From assembly GCA_030615175.1 (NCBI GenBank), contig JAUWZX010000002.1, positions 62,001 through 126,000 on the forward strand: a stretch of 64,000 nucleotides of DNA, read 5' to 3'. Under the pieces are notes generated by a model. The model had not been told where the DNA came from. It did no database searches and was given only the letters and a program-made list of their open reading frames with translations. Position numbers and translations under genes: made by a program. Origin of the DNA: Candidatus Parvarchaeota archaeon. GTDB lineage: Archaea > Nanobdellota > Nanobdellia > WJKC01. The first letter of the stretch is position 1. Each line of letters opens with the position of its first letter. Shown here piece by piece: positions 48,787 through 58,795 of this stretch.

Positions 48787-49722
48787 TTAAATAGTTAGAA
48801 GGGGTATTGAAGCAAAGTATAATAATATGAAGAGAACTCCTGTTTTTTTATCAATCTTCTTCCTCCAAGCAATTAAAGCAGTGACTGCCAGTGTAACCAT
48901 TATTAAGTATAAGCCAATCCATCTTACCGCGCCGCCAGATAAGATGTTCGCTGCAAGAACAGGGCCAGCACCCAAAGAAAGAGTTAAGTCAACCATGTTA
49001 CTGCCGAAAATGTCGCCAAGCAATAATTCATACTCCTTACGCCTTACAGCTGACACGCCAACAACTAATTCAGGCAGTGAAGTACTGATGCCTATTGCGA
49101 GAAAACTAATAATGAATTCAGGCAATCCAAAGCTTTCAGAAATAATGATGACTGTATCAACAAGAGCGTAAGAACCAATAATAACGCCTGAAAGACTTAA
49201 AGCGAGTACTGCACAATATTTTAACTTTCTTGCCTTGTAAACCCGCTCCCCAATTCCAACAGGGAAGTAACCCTTCCTAATGTAATTGCGCAGTATTATT
49301 ACTAAAATAATGTAGCAAATCATTAATAACAAGCCGTCTAACTGGCTAATAACCCCTTTAATTATTATTGAAACTCCAAGAATGGCTGATAATGCTGCAC
49401 CACACCCAAGCACGAGAACGTCATCTCTTTTAGTTTTTACTAAACCCCCAGTTAAAACGCACAACCCGAGGATAAGGGTTATCTGCGAGATTGAAGAGCC
49501 AATAGCGTTACCAACATTAATGTCGCCGTGCCCAAGCAATGACGAGATAATCGAGTTGCTTATTTCAGGAATTGAAGTGCCAATTCCGACGACTAGCATG
49601 CCAATTAATAAAGGCGATATCTTAAAGATTTTGGCAAGAGCAGAAGAAGAACTAACAACTTTAGGACTGCAGTAAATAAGCAGGAAAACGCCAAATAATA
49701 ATGAAAATAATTCAATCATCAT
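48787..49722 (-). CDS. Na+/Ca2+ antiporter (CaCA/YrbG family)
   Basis: Alpha repeats GTSIPE..GNAIGS and STSLPE..GDIFGSN. Confidence 0.92.
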   Translation of the reverse strand: MMIELFSLLFGVFLLIYCSPKVVSSSSALAKIFKISPLLIGMLVVGIGTSIPEISNSIISSLLGHGDINVGNAIGSSISQITLILGLCVLTGGLVKTKRDDVLVLGCGAALSAILGVSIIIKGVISQLDGLLLMICYIILVIILRNYIRKGYFPVGIGERVYKARKLKYCAVLALSLSGVIIGSYALVDTVIIISESFGLPEFIISFLAIGISTSLPELVVGVSAVRRKEYELLLGDIFGSNMVDLTLSLGAGPVLAANILSGGAVRWIGLYLIMVTLAVTALIAWRKKIDKKTGVLFILLYFASIPLLTI

Positions 49723-49793
49723 GTCTTATGTTGTGCGTAATGCATTATGCATATAAAAAAATTTATAAATGCATTTGCATAAATAAAGAGTTC

Positions 49794-50012
49794 ATGAATG
49801 AGAAAGAATTTAAAAAAATATTGAATTTAATGGAGCAGTATCAGGGTGAGAATTACGCTGAACTGCATAATCAACCATTAATTGAATTGCCTAAATATAC
49901 TGCTGGAACGAGAATGCCTGGCGCTGGCAAGACAGGCAATTACCCTAACAGCGACTTTGACACTGAATTCATAGGTGAATACATTGCTGACGAGCACTGT
50001 GATAATGATTAA
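49794..50012 (+). CDS. Small hypothetical protein (72 aa)
   Basis: ATG after a TATA-like tttataaa; no motif recognised. Confidence 0.45.
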   Translation: MNEKEFKKILNLMEQYQGENYAELHNQPLIELPKYTAGTRMPGAGKTGNYPNSDFDTEFIGEYIADEHCDND

Positions 50013-50605
50013 ATCTTTAATTTCTTCCTGCCGCGCGATTCAACTACTTTTAAGCGCTTAAGAACTTCTATTATTCCATAAGCATTCCTTATTATCCTCC
50101 AAGCCCGTTCAGCAATATCATAGTGCTTGCTGTTCAACGCTTCCTTTAACACATGCAAGTCAACTGCTTTCGCCTCCACCTTACTAGAAACCTCTGACAA
50201 GCCAAAGTCAATGAAGAATAATTCACTACCTCTCAGCATCATATTACTAGTTGTTAAATCACCATGAATCAAGCCCTTAGAATGCAATGCCTTAACGTAC
50301 AAGCCTATCTTCTTACAGACACTATTGAATTCTTCATTGCTTAAGTCAGAAATGACATCGCGCAGTACTTCACCATCAATGAAGTCCATGATGATTTTAT
50401 AATCATTAACTTCAAGCACTTTAGGAACCTTAATTAAATTATAAGCCTTCCTTAAAGCCTTGACCTCGCGCTTATTACGATACTTGCGCAAGCGTTCATC
50501 TAATCGTTTAATCCTGTAAGACTTCTTAATTCTATGCTTAATTAATTTACTGCCGTCACGATATAACTTGCTCTCAGCTCCGTGAGCAATTAACTCTAAC
50601 GCCAC
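50009..50605 (-). CDS. bud32: KEOPS kinase Bud32
   Basis: GAES, HGDLTTSN, IDFGL, KAVDL. Confidence 0.95.
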   Translation of the reverse strand: MALELIAHGAESKLYRDGSKLIKHRIKKSYRIKRLDERLRKYRNKREVKALRKAYNLIKVPKVLEVNDYKIIMDFIDGEVLRDVISDLSNEEFNSVCKKIGLYVKALHSKGLIHGDLTTSNMMLRGSELFFIDFGLSEVSSKVEAKAVDLHVLKEALNSKHYDIAERAWRIIRNAYGIIEVLKRLKVVESRGRKKLKI

Positions 50606-51567
50606 AAAACCATCACCTCATCAGTCCTCTGACGCTGACTAATAAGATAATCACTCTTCTTGAACTTAACTCCAGCATCATGCATTAATAACCCTAACAC
50701 TGCAATCATTGCTCCATTATCAACACAATACTCCTTCTTAGGCACGAAGAATTCAGCACCCCTCTCCTTGCACATTACTTTGCACATCTCGCGCAAGCGC
50801 TTATTGCTTGCAACGCCTCCAGCGAGTAATAATTCATTCTTCTGGCAGTGAGCAAGCGCTCTTTCAGATACTTCCACCAGCATTGCAAAAACATGCTCCT
50901 GCATTGAGTAGCAAAGGTCCTTAAGTTCATGAGTTCTTAATTTGTTACGAAGATTAGTTAATATTCCAGTGAATGAAACATCCATTCCCTTAACACTGTA
51001 AGGAAGTTCAACGTATCCTCCTTTTTCTGCTAATTTTTCAATAACTGGTCCGCCAGGGAATGGTATGCCTGAGTAACGCGCGAATGAGTCAATAAAATTC
51101 CCAGCCCCCATGTCAAGAGTTTCAGCAAAAACCCTATAATAACCTCCCTGGTAAGCAATTATTTGAGTGTTAGCGCCTGAAACGTAAAGAGTGACTGGGT
51201 CAATGCAGCCAGTAATCTTCCTCCCAATCTCTACATGCGCTATGCAGTGATTAACAGGTATTAAAGGTTTATTCAAAGTCTTTGAAAGCGTTCTAGCCAC
51301 TACTGCACCAACTCCTAGTGTATGCCCAATGCCTGGAGCATTAGAGAAAGCAATTAAGTCCAAGTCCTTATGAGATAAGCCTGCCTTGCTTAAGGATTCA
51401 TTAATTACGTCAGTGCATACTCTTGCATGATGCTCTGAAGCCTCTCTTGGATGAATACCTCCCTTCTTAGGTTTGTAGGAATCCATGACGTTTGAGAGTA
51501 TTTTTTCACGCGTTGCCACGCTAACCCCAAAGGTGTGGGCTGTTGATTCTATTCCAAGGCAAATCAT
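50596..51567 (-). CDS. kae1: KEOPS t6A synthase Kae1
   Basis: GIESTAHT, GIHPRE, NHCIAHVE, DNGAMIA. Confidence 0.96.
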   Translation of the reverse strand: MICLGIESTAHTFGVSVATREKILSNVMDSYKPKKGGIHPREASEHHARVCTDVINESLSKAGLSHKDLDLIAFSNAPGIGHTLGVGAVVARTLSKTLNKPLIPVNHCIAHVEIGRKITGCIDPVTLYVSGANTQIIAYQGGYYRVFAETLDMGAGNFIDSFARYSGIPFPGGPVIEKLAEKGGYVELPYSVKGMDVSFTGILTNLRNKLRTHELKDLCYSMQEHVFAMLVEVSERALAHCQKNELLLAGGVASNKRLREMCKVMCKERGAEFFVPKKEYCVDNGAMIAVLGLLMHDAGVKFKKSDYLISQRQRTDEVMVLWR

Positions 51568-51724
51568 TAAACTGAAAAAGAAAGGTTAAGTTTATAAATT
51601 TATTATAATACTTATTGTTAGTAATGACAATCACATTGCATGAAAATTGGATTAAACATTATAATAAAGTGCTTGACAATACATGTAAATCAAATTTTCT
51701 ATTTAAGACAAAAATTGATGACTA

Positions 51725-51934
51725 TCATTCTTTGATTTCAACGTAGCCGCACGCGCCGCAAGTAACCCTGTCCTTATGCTCTGCCAAGAATGTGCCTGGA
51801 CCACATCTAGGGCAGTACTTACGCCTCTTCAATGAACCGTCAGAGACCTCGTACTTCTCCCACTTCTTACTTGGCTTCTTGTTCTTTCTTTCCTTCTTTC
51901 CCTTCTTCTTTGACTCCTTCCTCTTCTTTCCCAC
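51725..51934 (-). CDS. rps27ae: 30S ribosomal protein S27ae
   Basis: [22 protein letters not shown]. Confidence 0.93.
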   Translation of the reverse strand: MGKKRKESKKKGKKERKNKKPSKKWEKYEVSDGSLKRRKYCPRCGPGTFLAEHKDRVTCGACGYVEIKE

Positions 51935-52325
51935 TCACTTCAACCTCCTTCTTCTCTTCCTTCTTCTCTTCTTGCTTCTCTTCTTGTTTCTCTTCTTGTT
52001 TCTCTTCCTTCTTCTCTTCTTGCTTCTCTTCTTGCTTCTCTTCTGCTATTAAGCCGTTGCGTTTTAATAAGTACTCAGGCTCGTACTCAAGCATTTCATC
52101 CTTAGTCTTGTAAACCCTTGCGTAACCAATAGTCCTGCCAATACCAAATAAGGTTTCGAACTTATCAATGACAACATGGCTTGACATTCCGCCAGTTGTT
52201 AAAGCAATCTTGCTCCTAACAGCACTTAACTTAGGAGTCGGTTCGCCCTCATGAATAACCTCAAACCTTAATTCAATTCTATTAAATAATTTATTCTCCT
52301 CTTCTAAAAGAATCTTTAACTCCAT
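51867..52325 (-). CDS. rps24e: 30S ribosomal protein S24e with EEKQ/EEKK repeat tail
   Basis: NKLFNR.E, TP, FG...GYARVY. Confidence 0.92.
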   Translation of the reverse strand: MELKILLEEENKLFNRIELRFEVIHEGEPTPKLSAVRSKIALTTGGMSSHVVIDKFETLFGIGRTIGYARVYKTKDEMLEYEPEYLLKRNGLIAEEKQEEKQEEKKEEKQEEKQEEKQEEKKEEKKEVEVSGKEEEGVKEEGKEGKKEQEAK

Positions 52326-52328
52326 ACC

Positions 52329-52511
52329 TTACTTCACCTTTAACGCGTACTTACCTTCAGTTAAACTCATCTCCTTAGCAATCTCTGAATTCTTAGCATC
52401 AAGGATTATGACAAACCCCTTCCACTTAGTGCTTAACTTACTAGTCTTACATATCGGGCACTGCTTGCCAGTAACAATCCTCTTGCATTTCAAACAAGCC
52501 TTCTCAATCAT
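52329..52511 (-). CDS. spt4: Transcription elongation factor Spt4 (RpoE'')
   Basis: ACLKC..CPIC..W.G..SEIA..GKYAL. Confidence 0.92.
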   Translation of the reverse strand: MIEKACLKCKRIVTGKQCPICKTSKLSTKWKGFVIILDAKNSEIAKEMSLTEGKYALKVK

Positions 52512-53104
52512 TTCTTCTTCTCACCATCCTTTTCAGGTTTCTTGGAAACCTTTTTGACATTGGCGTGCTCCTCTTCAAGCCATTTAAGGGTTCCAAGCCC
52601 TGGCTGCCTCATTGTTAAACCAATCTTAGCGGTCTGAAGGGTTTTAAGGTTTGCTGCAATAACCCTTGCCCTAATCTTATCACCAATCTTTAATGCTCTC
52701 TTAGTGCTGCGGCCGAGAAGAGTTTTAGACTTTGAATAAGTAACATAATCATCCATTACCTGGCTTTGATGAATTAATCCTTCAATAGGTCCGGTCTTTG
52801 CAAAAGCCCCGAACTCAGCTATCTCAGTTATCGTTCCCTCAACAACTTCATGAATCTCAGGAGCATACGAAAGCATTTCAAAATCACAACCATAATAAAT
52901 CGCGCCATCGCCAGGAATTATAACTCCATCACCAACATTCTTAATATCAACAAGACACAATAACAACTCCTGACTCTGAGTTAAGTAACCTTCATAACTT
53001 TCCTGAATTGATTTAATAATACTCTTCTTAACGTCTGAGCCGAAATAATTAGGAGGAACCCTAATCCTACTGCTCATGGACAATACCTTATACATTTCAG
53101 CCAA
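52508..53104 (-). CDS. rpoE1: RNA polymerase subunit E' (Rpo7)
   Basis: PGDGAIY, FGAF..GP.EGLIH.SQ, IGLTMRQPGLG. Confidence 0.95.
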   Translation of the reverse strand: MAEMYKVLSMSSRIRVPPNYFGSDVKKSIIKSIQESYEGYLTQSQELLLCLVDIKNVGDGVIIPGDGAIYYGCDFEMLSYAPEIHEVVEGTITEIAEFGAFAKTGPIEGLIHQSQVMDDYVTYSKSKTLLGRSTKRALKIGDKIRARVIAANLKTLQTAKIGLTMRQPGLGTLKWLEEEHANVKKVSKKPEKDGEKKK

Positions 53105-53462
53105 TCACCTTCAAGTATTTTCTCTGCCTCATTATAATGACACGCAGTGATGCATTTAAAAGTTTTTTCTTAAGCACCCTGTCCTGCGTGAATACCAAAC
53201 ACTTATGCTTTTGAGCATACTCTAATATTTCATCATCCACAGTCTTAACCCTTAAAAGCGTTTCTATAATTCTTAAGCCTTTCTGTAATCCTAAATCAAT
53301 TACTGACTTCCAGACGCGCGGCTTCTTCTTCTTCAACTCCTCAACGCACTCGCTTAAAGTAATTACTTCTGCCTTAGGAATTAACACCCTAATCCTTGAA
53401 TAAATATCAAGCTTGAATTGAAATGGGATTAGTAACGCATTAGTGTCTAACAATACCTTCAT
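53097..53462 (-). CDS. PIN-domain (Fcf1/Utp24-like) protein
   Basis: LLDTNAL, VDD, TQD; conserved location before rpoE. Confidence 0.88.
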   Translation of the reverse strand: MKVLLDTNALLIPFQFKLDIYSRIRVLIPKAEVITLSECVEELKKKKPRVWKSVIDLGLQKGLRIIETLLRVKTVDDEILEYAQKHKCLVFTQDRVLKKKLLNASLRVIIMRQRKYLKVIG

Positions 53463-54382
53463 TAAATCACTCCATGTATTAGAGGAACTACCTGCTTCTT
53501 CCTGCTCATGACCCCTGGAAGGAATAATTCATTATTTTCTGACTTCTTCTTAAATGCCTTGTTAATTAATTCAGCATCGCCAATGAACCATAATTTAGTT
53601 GCTTCCTCAATAATGTTAGTCACCATTAAAATTATTAGTCTCTGCCCCCTTGACGCTCCAACTGCACTTAACTCTTTAAGGATTTCAACCTTTCTAGCAA
53701 CCGCTTCCTCGTAATGTACTACCTCTATCTGTCCAATCCCATACTTGTATCCATTCTTCTCTAAGTCCTTGAAGTCACTCATTATTAATTCATTAGCATT
53801 CCTGCCCTTAATGCTTGACTTAGCCTTCTTCACTTCCATACCAAATGACTCAACGTCTAATCCTGCAATCTTGTTTAACTTCTCTGCTATTAGCTTGTCT
53901 TTCTCAGTTGTTGTCGGCGACTTGAAGATAACAGTATCTGACAGTATTGCTGCCAATAATATTGAAGCCATGCTCTTGCTTAACTTCACTTTATGATAGA
54001 AGTAGAAGTCAGCGATTATTGTTGCTGTTGAGCCTATTGGCTCTGCATGAAACATTATTGGCGCACTTGTCTGAATGTCACCAATCTTATGATGGTCAAT
54101 TATCTCGAATATCCGTGCTTTCTCAGTTCCCCTAACTACTTGACCCATCTCATTATGGTCAACGAGTATTATTTTTCTGCCTGAAGTGTCAGTCATTAAT
54201 TCTGGAACAGGGATTTTAAAGCGCTCTAACACATACTTTGTCTCAGAATTAATTTCTCCAGCTCTCACAGGAATGTATTCGTCCTCACTTTCAATCTTGT
54301 TCTTAAAGTTAGCATAAGCTATTGCAGCCACTATTGAATCAGTGTCAGGGTTCTTATGCCCAATAACGTAAATATTTTCCAT
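53462..54382 (-). CDS. ppaC: Mn-dependent family II inorganic pyrophosphatase
   Basis: GHKNPDTDS, LVDHNE, IDHH, SRKKQVVP. Confidence 0.95.
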   Translation of the reverse strand: MENIYVIGHKNPDTDSIVAAIAYANFKNKIESEDEYIPVRAGEINSETKYVLERFKIPVPELMTDTSGRKIILVDHNEMGQVVRGTEKARIFEIIDHHKIGDIQTSAPIMFHAEPIGSTATIIADFYFYHKVKLSKSMASILLAAILSDTVIFKSPTTTEKDKLIAEKLNKIAGLDVESFGMEVKKAKSSIKGRNANELIMSDFKDLEKNGYKYGIGQIEVVHYEEAVARKVEILKELSAVGASRGQRLIILMVTNIIEEATKLWFIGDAELINKAFKKKSENNELFLPGVMSRKKQVVPLIHGVI

Positions 54383-54464
54383 TACTATTGAAAGAATAAG
54401 GGATTATTTTTTAAATTTTACTAAGGCAAATTTTATAAAGAGATAATTATTTTTCAGTATTCTA

Positions 54465-54995
54465 ATGGCAAAATTAAGGAAAGCATGCTGTTACAGGAAG
54501 CCGAAGCGCGCTTACACTAGGGTATCAAAGTATAAGAGACAGTCATTTGTTAAAGGAGTTCCTGGCATAAAAATAGTGAAGTTCGAGATGGGCAAGACTA
54601 ATGGAAAATTCAGCCATGAAATAGAACTAATATCAAAGGATCATATTCAAATAAGGCACAATGCATTGGAGAGTGCTAGACTAGCCGCTAACAGGTACTT
54701 AGAGAAGAATCTTGGCAAAGACAATTACCATTTCAAGATTAAAGTATACCCTCACCAAGTAATAAGGCATAACCCCAGGGCCAACTTCGCGGGCGCTGAC
54801 AGGTTCCAGGACGGGATGAAGCATGCGTTCGGCAAGGCTTTAGGCAGGGCAGCGATAGTCAAGGAAAAGCAGGGAATCCTAACTGCAAGGGTTGATGAAG
54901 CAAATATTAATACTGCAAAAACTGCTTTGAAAAGGGCAGGGGATAAACTTCCATGCAAGTACCGATTAATGATTAAAGTATTGAAAAGCTTATAA
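54465..54995 (+). CDS. rpl10e: 50S ribosomal protein L16/L10e
   Basis: QIRHNALESAR, AGADRFQDGMKHAFGK. Confidence 0.96.
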   Translation: MAKLRKACCYRKPKRAYTRVSKYKRQSFVKGVPGIKIVKFEMGKTNGKFSHEIELISKDHIQIRHNALESARLAANRYLEKNLGKDNYHFKIKVYPHQVIRHNPRANFAGADRFQDGMKHAFGKALGRAAIVKEKQGILTARVDEANINTAKTALKRAGDKLPCKYRLMIKVLKSL

Positions 54996-55022
54996 AATCT
55001 CGAGTAATTATTCTTCTTATTA

Positions 55023-57506
55023 ATGGTTAAAATTATTGCATGGTTTGAGGAATTAAACAAGAATAGTGTTGACATAGCAGGCGGCAAGGGAGCTAACTTA
55101 GGTGAAATGCAAAAGGCAGGATTCCCAATACCTCCCGGCTTTGTAGTGACAGCCCAGGCGTACAAGGAATTTCTTGACAGGACAGGGATTTACAAAGAGA
55201 TTGAAGAATTACTAAATAAACTTGACGTTAATGATACTAAATCATTGCAGAAAACTGCAAAAGAAATTCAAACAATAATTAAGAGCGAGGTATTCCCAGA
55301 AGATTTTAAGAAACCAGTAATTGAAGCTTATAAGAACATACTCATTGGTAAGAAACACATTGAATTAAATAAGAAAGCATTGGAATTAATAAAGCCTTCA
55401 AGGCAGAAGGAACCTTATGTTGCTGTAAGGAGCAGTGCCACGGCAGAAGATCTTCCTGAAGCGAGTTTTGCAGGCCAGCAAGAATCATTCCTTAATGTTA
55501 AAGGAGAGGAAGCCTTGCTTGAGGCAGTTAAGAATTGCTGGGCAAGTCTTTTCACTGCAAGAGCGATTTACTACAGGGAAAAGAATAAATTCCCTCATGA
55601 AAAAGTATTAATAAGTGTTATAATCCAACGAATGGTTGACTCAGAGAAGAGTGGAGTAGCATTTTCAATACACCCAACAACAGGTGACAAGGATTTAATA
55701 ATCATTGAAGCTGGGTGGGGATTAGGAGAGTACATAGTTAAAGGCGTAATTAATCCAGACCATTATGAAGTCTCAAAAACTGACTGGACTATTAAAAAGA
55801 AATTAGTTAATAAGCAGAATAAAATGCTTATAAAAGACCCAATATCAGGCAAGAATACTGATGTAGAAGTGCCTGAAAGGAAGCAGGAAAAGCAGATATT
55901 AGATGATGAGCAAATAATCACTCTTGCTAAAGTAACTAAGAAAATTGAAAAACATTACGGTGTTGCGCAGGATGTTGAATGGGCAAGCAGTGATAACAGA
56001 TTATACATTGTCCAGTCAAGACCAGTAACTTTCTTCGGGAAAAAGGCAGAGGAAGGAGAGGAAGTGAAAGCGGCAGAAGGTGAAGTCTTACTAAAAGGAT
56101 TGCCAGCAAGTCCTGGAATCGCCTCAGGTCCTGTAAAAATGATTCATGACGCTTCAGAACTTGACAAAGTAATAGAAGGTTGTATTCTCGTAACTGAAAT
56201 GACTGCTCCTGACATGGTGCCTGCAATGGAGCGGGCAGCAGCAATAGTTACTGATAAAGGGGGTTTAACAAGTCATGCTGCAATCGTATCAAGAGAACTT
56301 GGAGTGCCATGCATTGTTGGCACGAGTAACGCGACCAAAATATTAAAGGATGATATGATAATAACTGTTGACGCTAATAAAGGCATTGTATTAAAGGCAG
56401 GTGAAAAGGCTTTAGAGGAGCAGGAGAAAAAAGAAGAAGTTAAGGAAATCAAGCAAGCAACGTTTTCCATGGACGCGCCAGTAACTGCTACGAAGGTTTA
56501 CATGAACTTGGGTATTCCTGAGAAAATCATTGATTATGCTAGACTACCAACTGATGGCATTGGATTAATGCGTATTGAATTCATAATTGCAAGCCACATT
56601 GGAGTCCACCCTAATAAGTTAATTGCTGACGGCAAGGCGGATGAGTACATTAATAAGTTAGCTGAAGGAGTTAAGAAAATTGCTGAAGTTATTAATCCTA
56701 AACCAGTAATTGTCAGGTTCAGTGACTTCAAGACTAATGAGTACAGGGACTTAGAGGGAGGGGAGGCTTATGAACCGCATGAAGATAACCCAATGATTGG
56801 GTGGAGGGGTTGCTCAAGGTATGTTAGCAAGGAGTTTGAGCAGGTGTTCAGGCTTGAATGCAAGGCAATAAAGAAAGTAAGGGATGATGGTTTAAGAAAT
56901 GTATGGGTAATGCTTCCATTCGTCAGGGTAATTGATGAAGTAAAGCAGGTTTTAAGAATCCTTAAGAGCGAGGGCTTGGCTAGGGGCAGGGACTTTAAGG
57001 TATGGTTAATGGCTGAAGTGCCGAGTATTATAATATTAGCCGACAAGTTCGCTGAATTATGCGATGGTTTCTCGATAGGCAGTAATGATTTAACACAGTT
57101 AATCCTCGGCGTTGACAGGGATTCAGAAAAGTTAGGGAAGATGGGTTACTTTGATGAACGCAACCATGCTGTGCTTGCATCAATAAGCAGGTTAATAAGG
57201 CTTGCTCATGATAAAGGCGTGACTGTCAGTATTTGCGGTCAAGCACCAAGCGTTTACCCTGAAGTCACTGAATTCCTTATTAGGCAGGGGATTGATTCAA
57301 TAAGTGTTAACCCTGACGTTGTATTAAAGACTAAACACTTAATTTCAAGCGTTGAGCGTAAAATATTATTAGAATCTGCAAGGCATGAAATTAGTCATGA
57401 ACCTGAAGAAAAAAAAATAACTGGATTAGAGAATAGTCCTAATCCAGAGCCAGAGAATTATAATGATATTCCTGAATACAAAGATAAAAAACCCTTCTGG
57501 CCTTGA
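55023..57506 (+). CDS. ppsA: Phosphoenolpyruvate synthase
   Basis: GGKGANL, VRSSATAED, TSHAAIVSRE, SIGSNDLTQ. Confidence 0.96.
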   Translation: MVKIIAWFEELNKNSVDIAGGKGANLGEMQKAGFPIPPGFVVTAQAYKEFLDRTGIYKEIEELLNKLDVNDTKSLQKTAKEIQTIIKSEVFPEDFKKPVIEAYKNILIGKKHIELNKKALELIKPSRQKEPYVAVRSSATAEDLPEASFAGQQESFLNVKGEEALLEAVKNCWASLFTARAIYYREKNKFPHEKVLISVIIQRMVDSEKSGVAFSIHPTTGDKDLIIIEAGWGLGEYIVKGVINPDHYEVSKTDWTIKKKLVNKQNKMLIKDPISGKNTDVEVPERKQEKQILDDEQIITLAKVTKKIEKHYGVAQDVEWASSDNRLYIVQSRPVTFFGKKAEEGEEVKAAEGEVLLKGLPASPGIASGPVKMIHDASELDKVIEGCILVTEMTAPDMVPAMERAAAIVTDKGGLTSHAAIVSRELGVPCIVGTSNATKILKDDMIITVDANKGIVLKAGEKALEEQEKKEEVKEIKQATFSMDAPVTATKVYMNLGIPEKIIDYARLPTDGIGLMRIEFIIASHIGVHPNKLIADGKADEYINKLAEGVKKIAEVINPKPVIVRFSDFKTNEYRDLEGGEAYEPHEDNPMIGWRGCSRYVSKEFEQVFRLECKAIKKVRDDGLRNVWVMLPFVRVIDEVKQVLRILKSEGLARGRDFKVWLMAEVPSIIILADKFAELCDGFSIGSNDLTQLILGVDRDSEKLGKMGYFDERNHAVLASISRLIRLAHDKGVTVSICGQAPSVYPEVTEFLIRQGIDSISVNPDVVLKTKHLISSVERKILLESARHEISHEPEEKKITGLENSPNPEPENYNDIPEYKDKKPFWP

Positions 57507-57511
57507 AAAAC

Positions 57512-58192
57512 TTAAATCAACAACTTCAAGTACTCATTAATGTCTTTAGTGCTTATCGCGCATCCAGCGAATTTTAAGCCCCAGAGCATTCCTGAAATTA
57601 AGTCCCTGCGGGCCTTGACGCCGCTGCAGGATTTAATGAAATCATCCATTAATCCCTTCTCGTAAGCAATGCTAACAAGGTCTGAACTCCTAATAACATT
57701 AATGCTTTTTGACAATTCCTTGAAGCGGTTAAGAGCCTGATTATCAATTTCAACCTTAGTATGCAATCTATTAGCAAGAGTATTCCTTAAACCATTAGGG
57801 TCATCAATTAACATGCCTGTAATTCTCTCATCAATTAAAAAATAATTAACTCCTGCCTTAACCGCGGCGCTGACAGCACTCATCTCTCCTTTGTGAACTA
57901 TCTTAACTGGCTTGCGCCAAGCAATGAACACTGAATTAGCTGCCTGAGTTAATGAATCAGCAAGTGGCACATCATAATCAATGTGGTCAAGCACTCCCTC
58001 ACATAATCTTTTAAGCAAGCGCATGCCTGAAAGCCTGAACCTATCAATTCTCAAGGCATGATTAATTGATTCATCAATAATGCCCTTAGTCACGTAAAAG
58101 TTAACCTTATCCTTTAATGAGTCAAGAATCCATAACAAGCAATTAGTTGATAAACTGATAAGGCTTGAAGTGTCAACAACCACGCCTTTCAC
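57512..58192 (-). CDS. PIN-like hypothetical protein
   Basis: VVDTSSLIS, HKGE, IDER. Confidence 0.65.
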   Translation of the reverse strand: MKGVVVDTSSLISLSTNCLLWILDSLKDKVNFYVTKGIIDESINHALRIDRFRLSGMRLLKRLCEGVLDHIDYDVPLADSLTQAANSVFIAWRKPVKIVHKGEMSAVSAAVKAGVNYFLIDERITGMLIDDPNGLRNTLANRLHTKVEIDNQALNRFKELSKSINVIRSSDLVSIAYEKGLMDDFIKSCSGVKARRDLISGMLWGLKFAGCAISTKDINEYLKLLI

Positions 58193-58761
58193 TCAATCAG
58201 CCTCCTGGCCCTGTCAAGTCTTTCCTTAACCTCACTCTTCCTTTTATCCCTGTCAGTAATCCTTGTCTTGCCTGAATACTGCATTAACTCCCACTCAGAG
58301 ATGCCGAGTAATTCAGCCACTTTTCTTAACGAAACGCCATGCTCGTAAATCTTAACACCCTTCTTTAGTTTAGCCTTATGAAGCACGAAGTCAGCGTACT
58401 CCATGAATGACTTGTCTAACTTCATCACTGCCCGCTCAATCCTGTTAAAAGATGTTAGTAATTTCTTCTCATCATTACTCATTAACGCTTCCTTAGCCCT
58501 CCTTAACTCAGGCGCCAAGACTTTTTGGAATGCCTCCCACTTCCTCTGCTGGTAATGCTTCCTCTTTCCCTTATCAATTACTTTGCCTATTGAATAAATA
58601 ATAATGGCTGCCTTGATTGAAACCTGGTCTTGGTAAATACTGGCTGAGTGAATAATGCGATTTGATAATGCTTTTATGGCATCAGCCTTATAATCCCTGT
58701 AAAGAGGCATTAACTCTTCAAGTATTACAATCAAGTCCTTGCGCACTGATTCAATAATCAT
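58189..58761 (-). CDS. Hypothetical protein with C-terminal HTH
   Basis: GVSLRKVAELLGISEWEL; translationally coupled to the PIN-like gene. Confidence 0.65.
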   Translation of the reverse strand: MIIESVRKDLIVILEELMPLYRDYKADAIKALSNRIIHSASIYQDQVSIKAAIIIYSIGKVIDKGKRKHYQQRKWEAFQKVLAPELRRAKEALMSNDEKKLLTSFNRIERAVMKLDKSFMEYADFVLHKAKLKKGVKIYEHGVSLRKVAELLGISEWELMQYSGKTRITDRDKRKSEVKERLDRARRLIE

Positions 58762-58795
58762 AAGGATTAATTATGAACTAATGATTTATATTTCT

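Noticed and set aside
49733..49782. Clustered ATGCAT palindromes as operator sites
   Set aside because: Short, AT-rich, and no linked regulator is evident
51624..51746. 40-codon plus-strand ORF between kae1 and rps27ae
   Set aside because: No motif or RBS, and it overlaps the end of rps27ae
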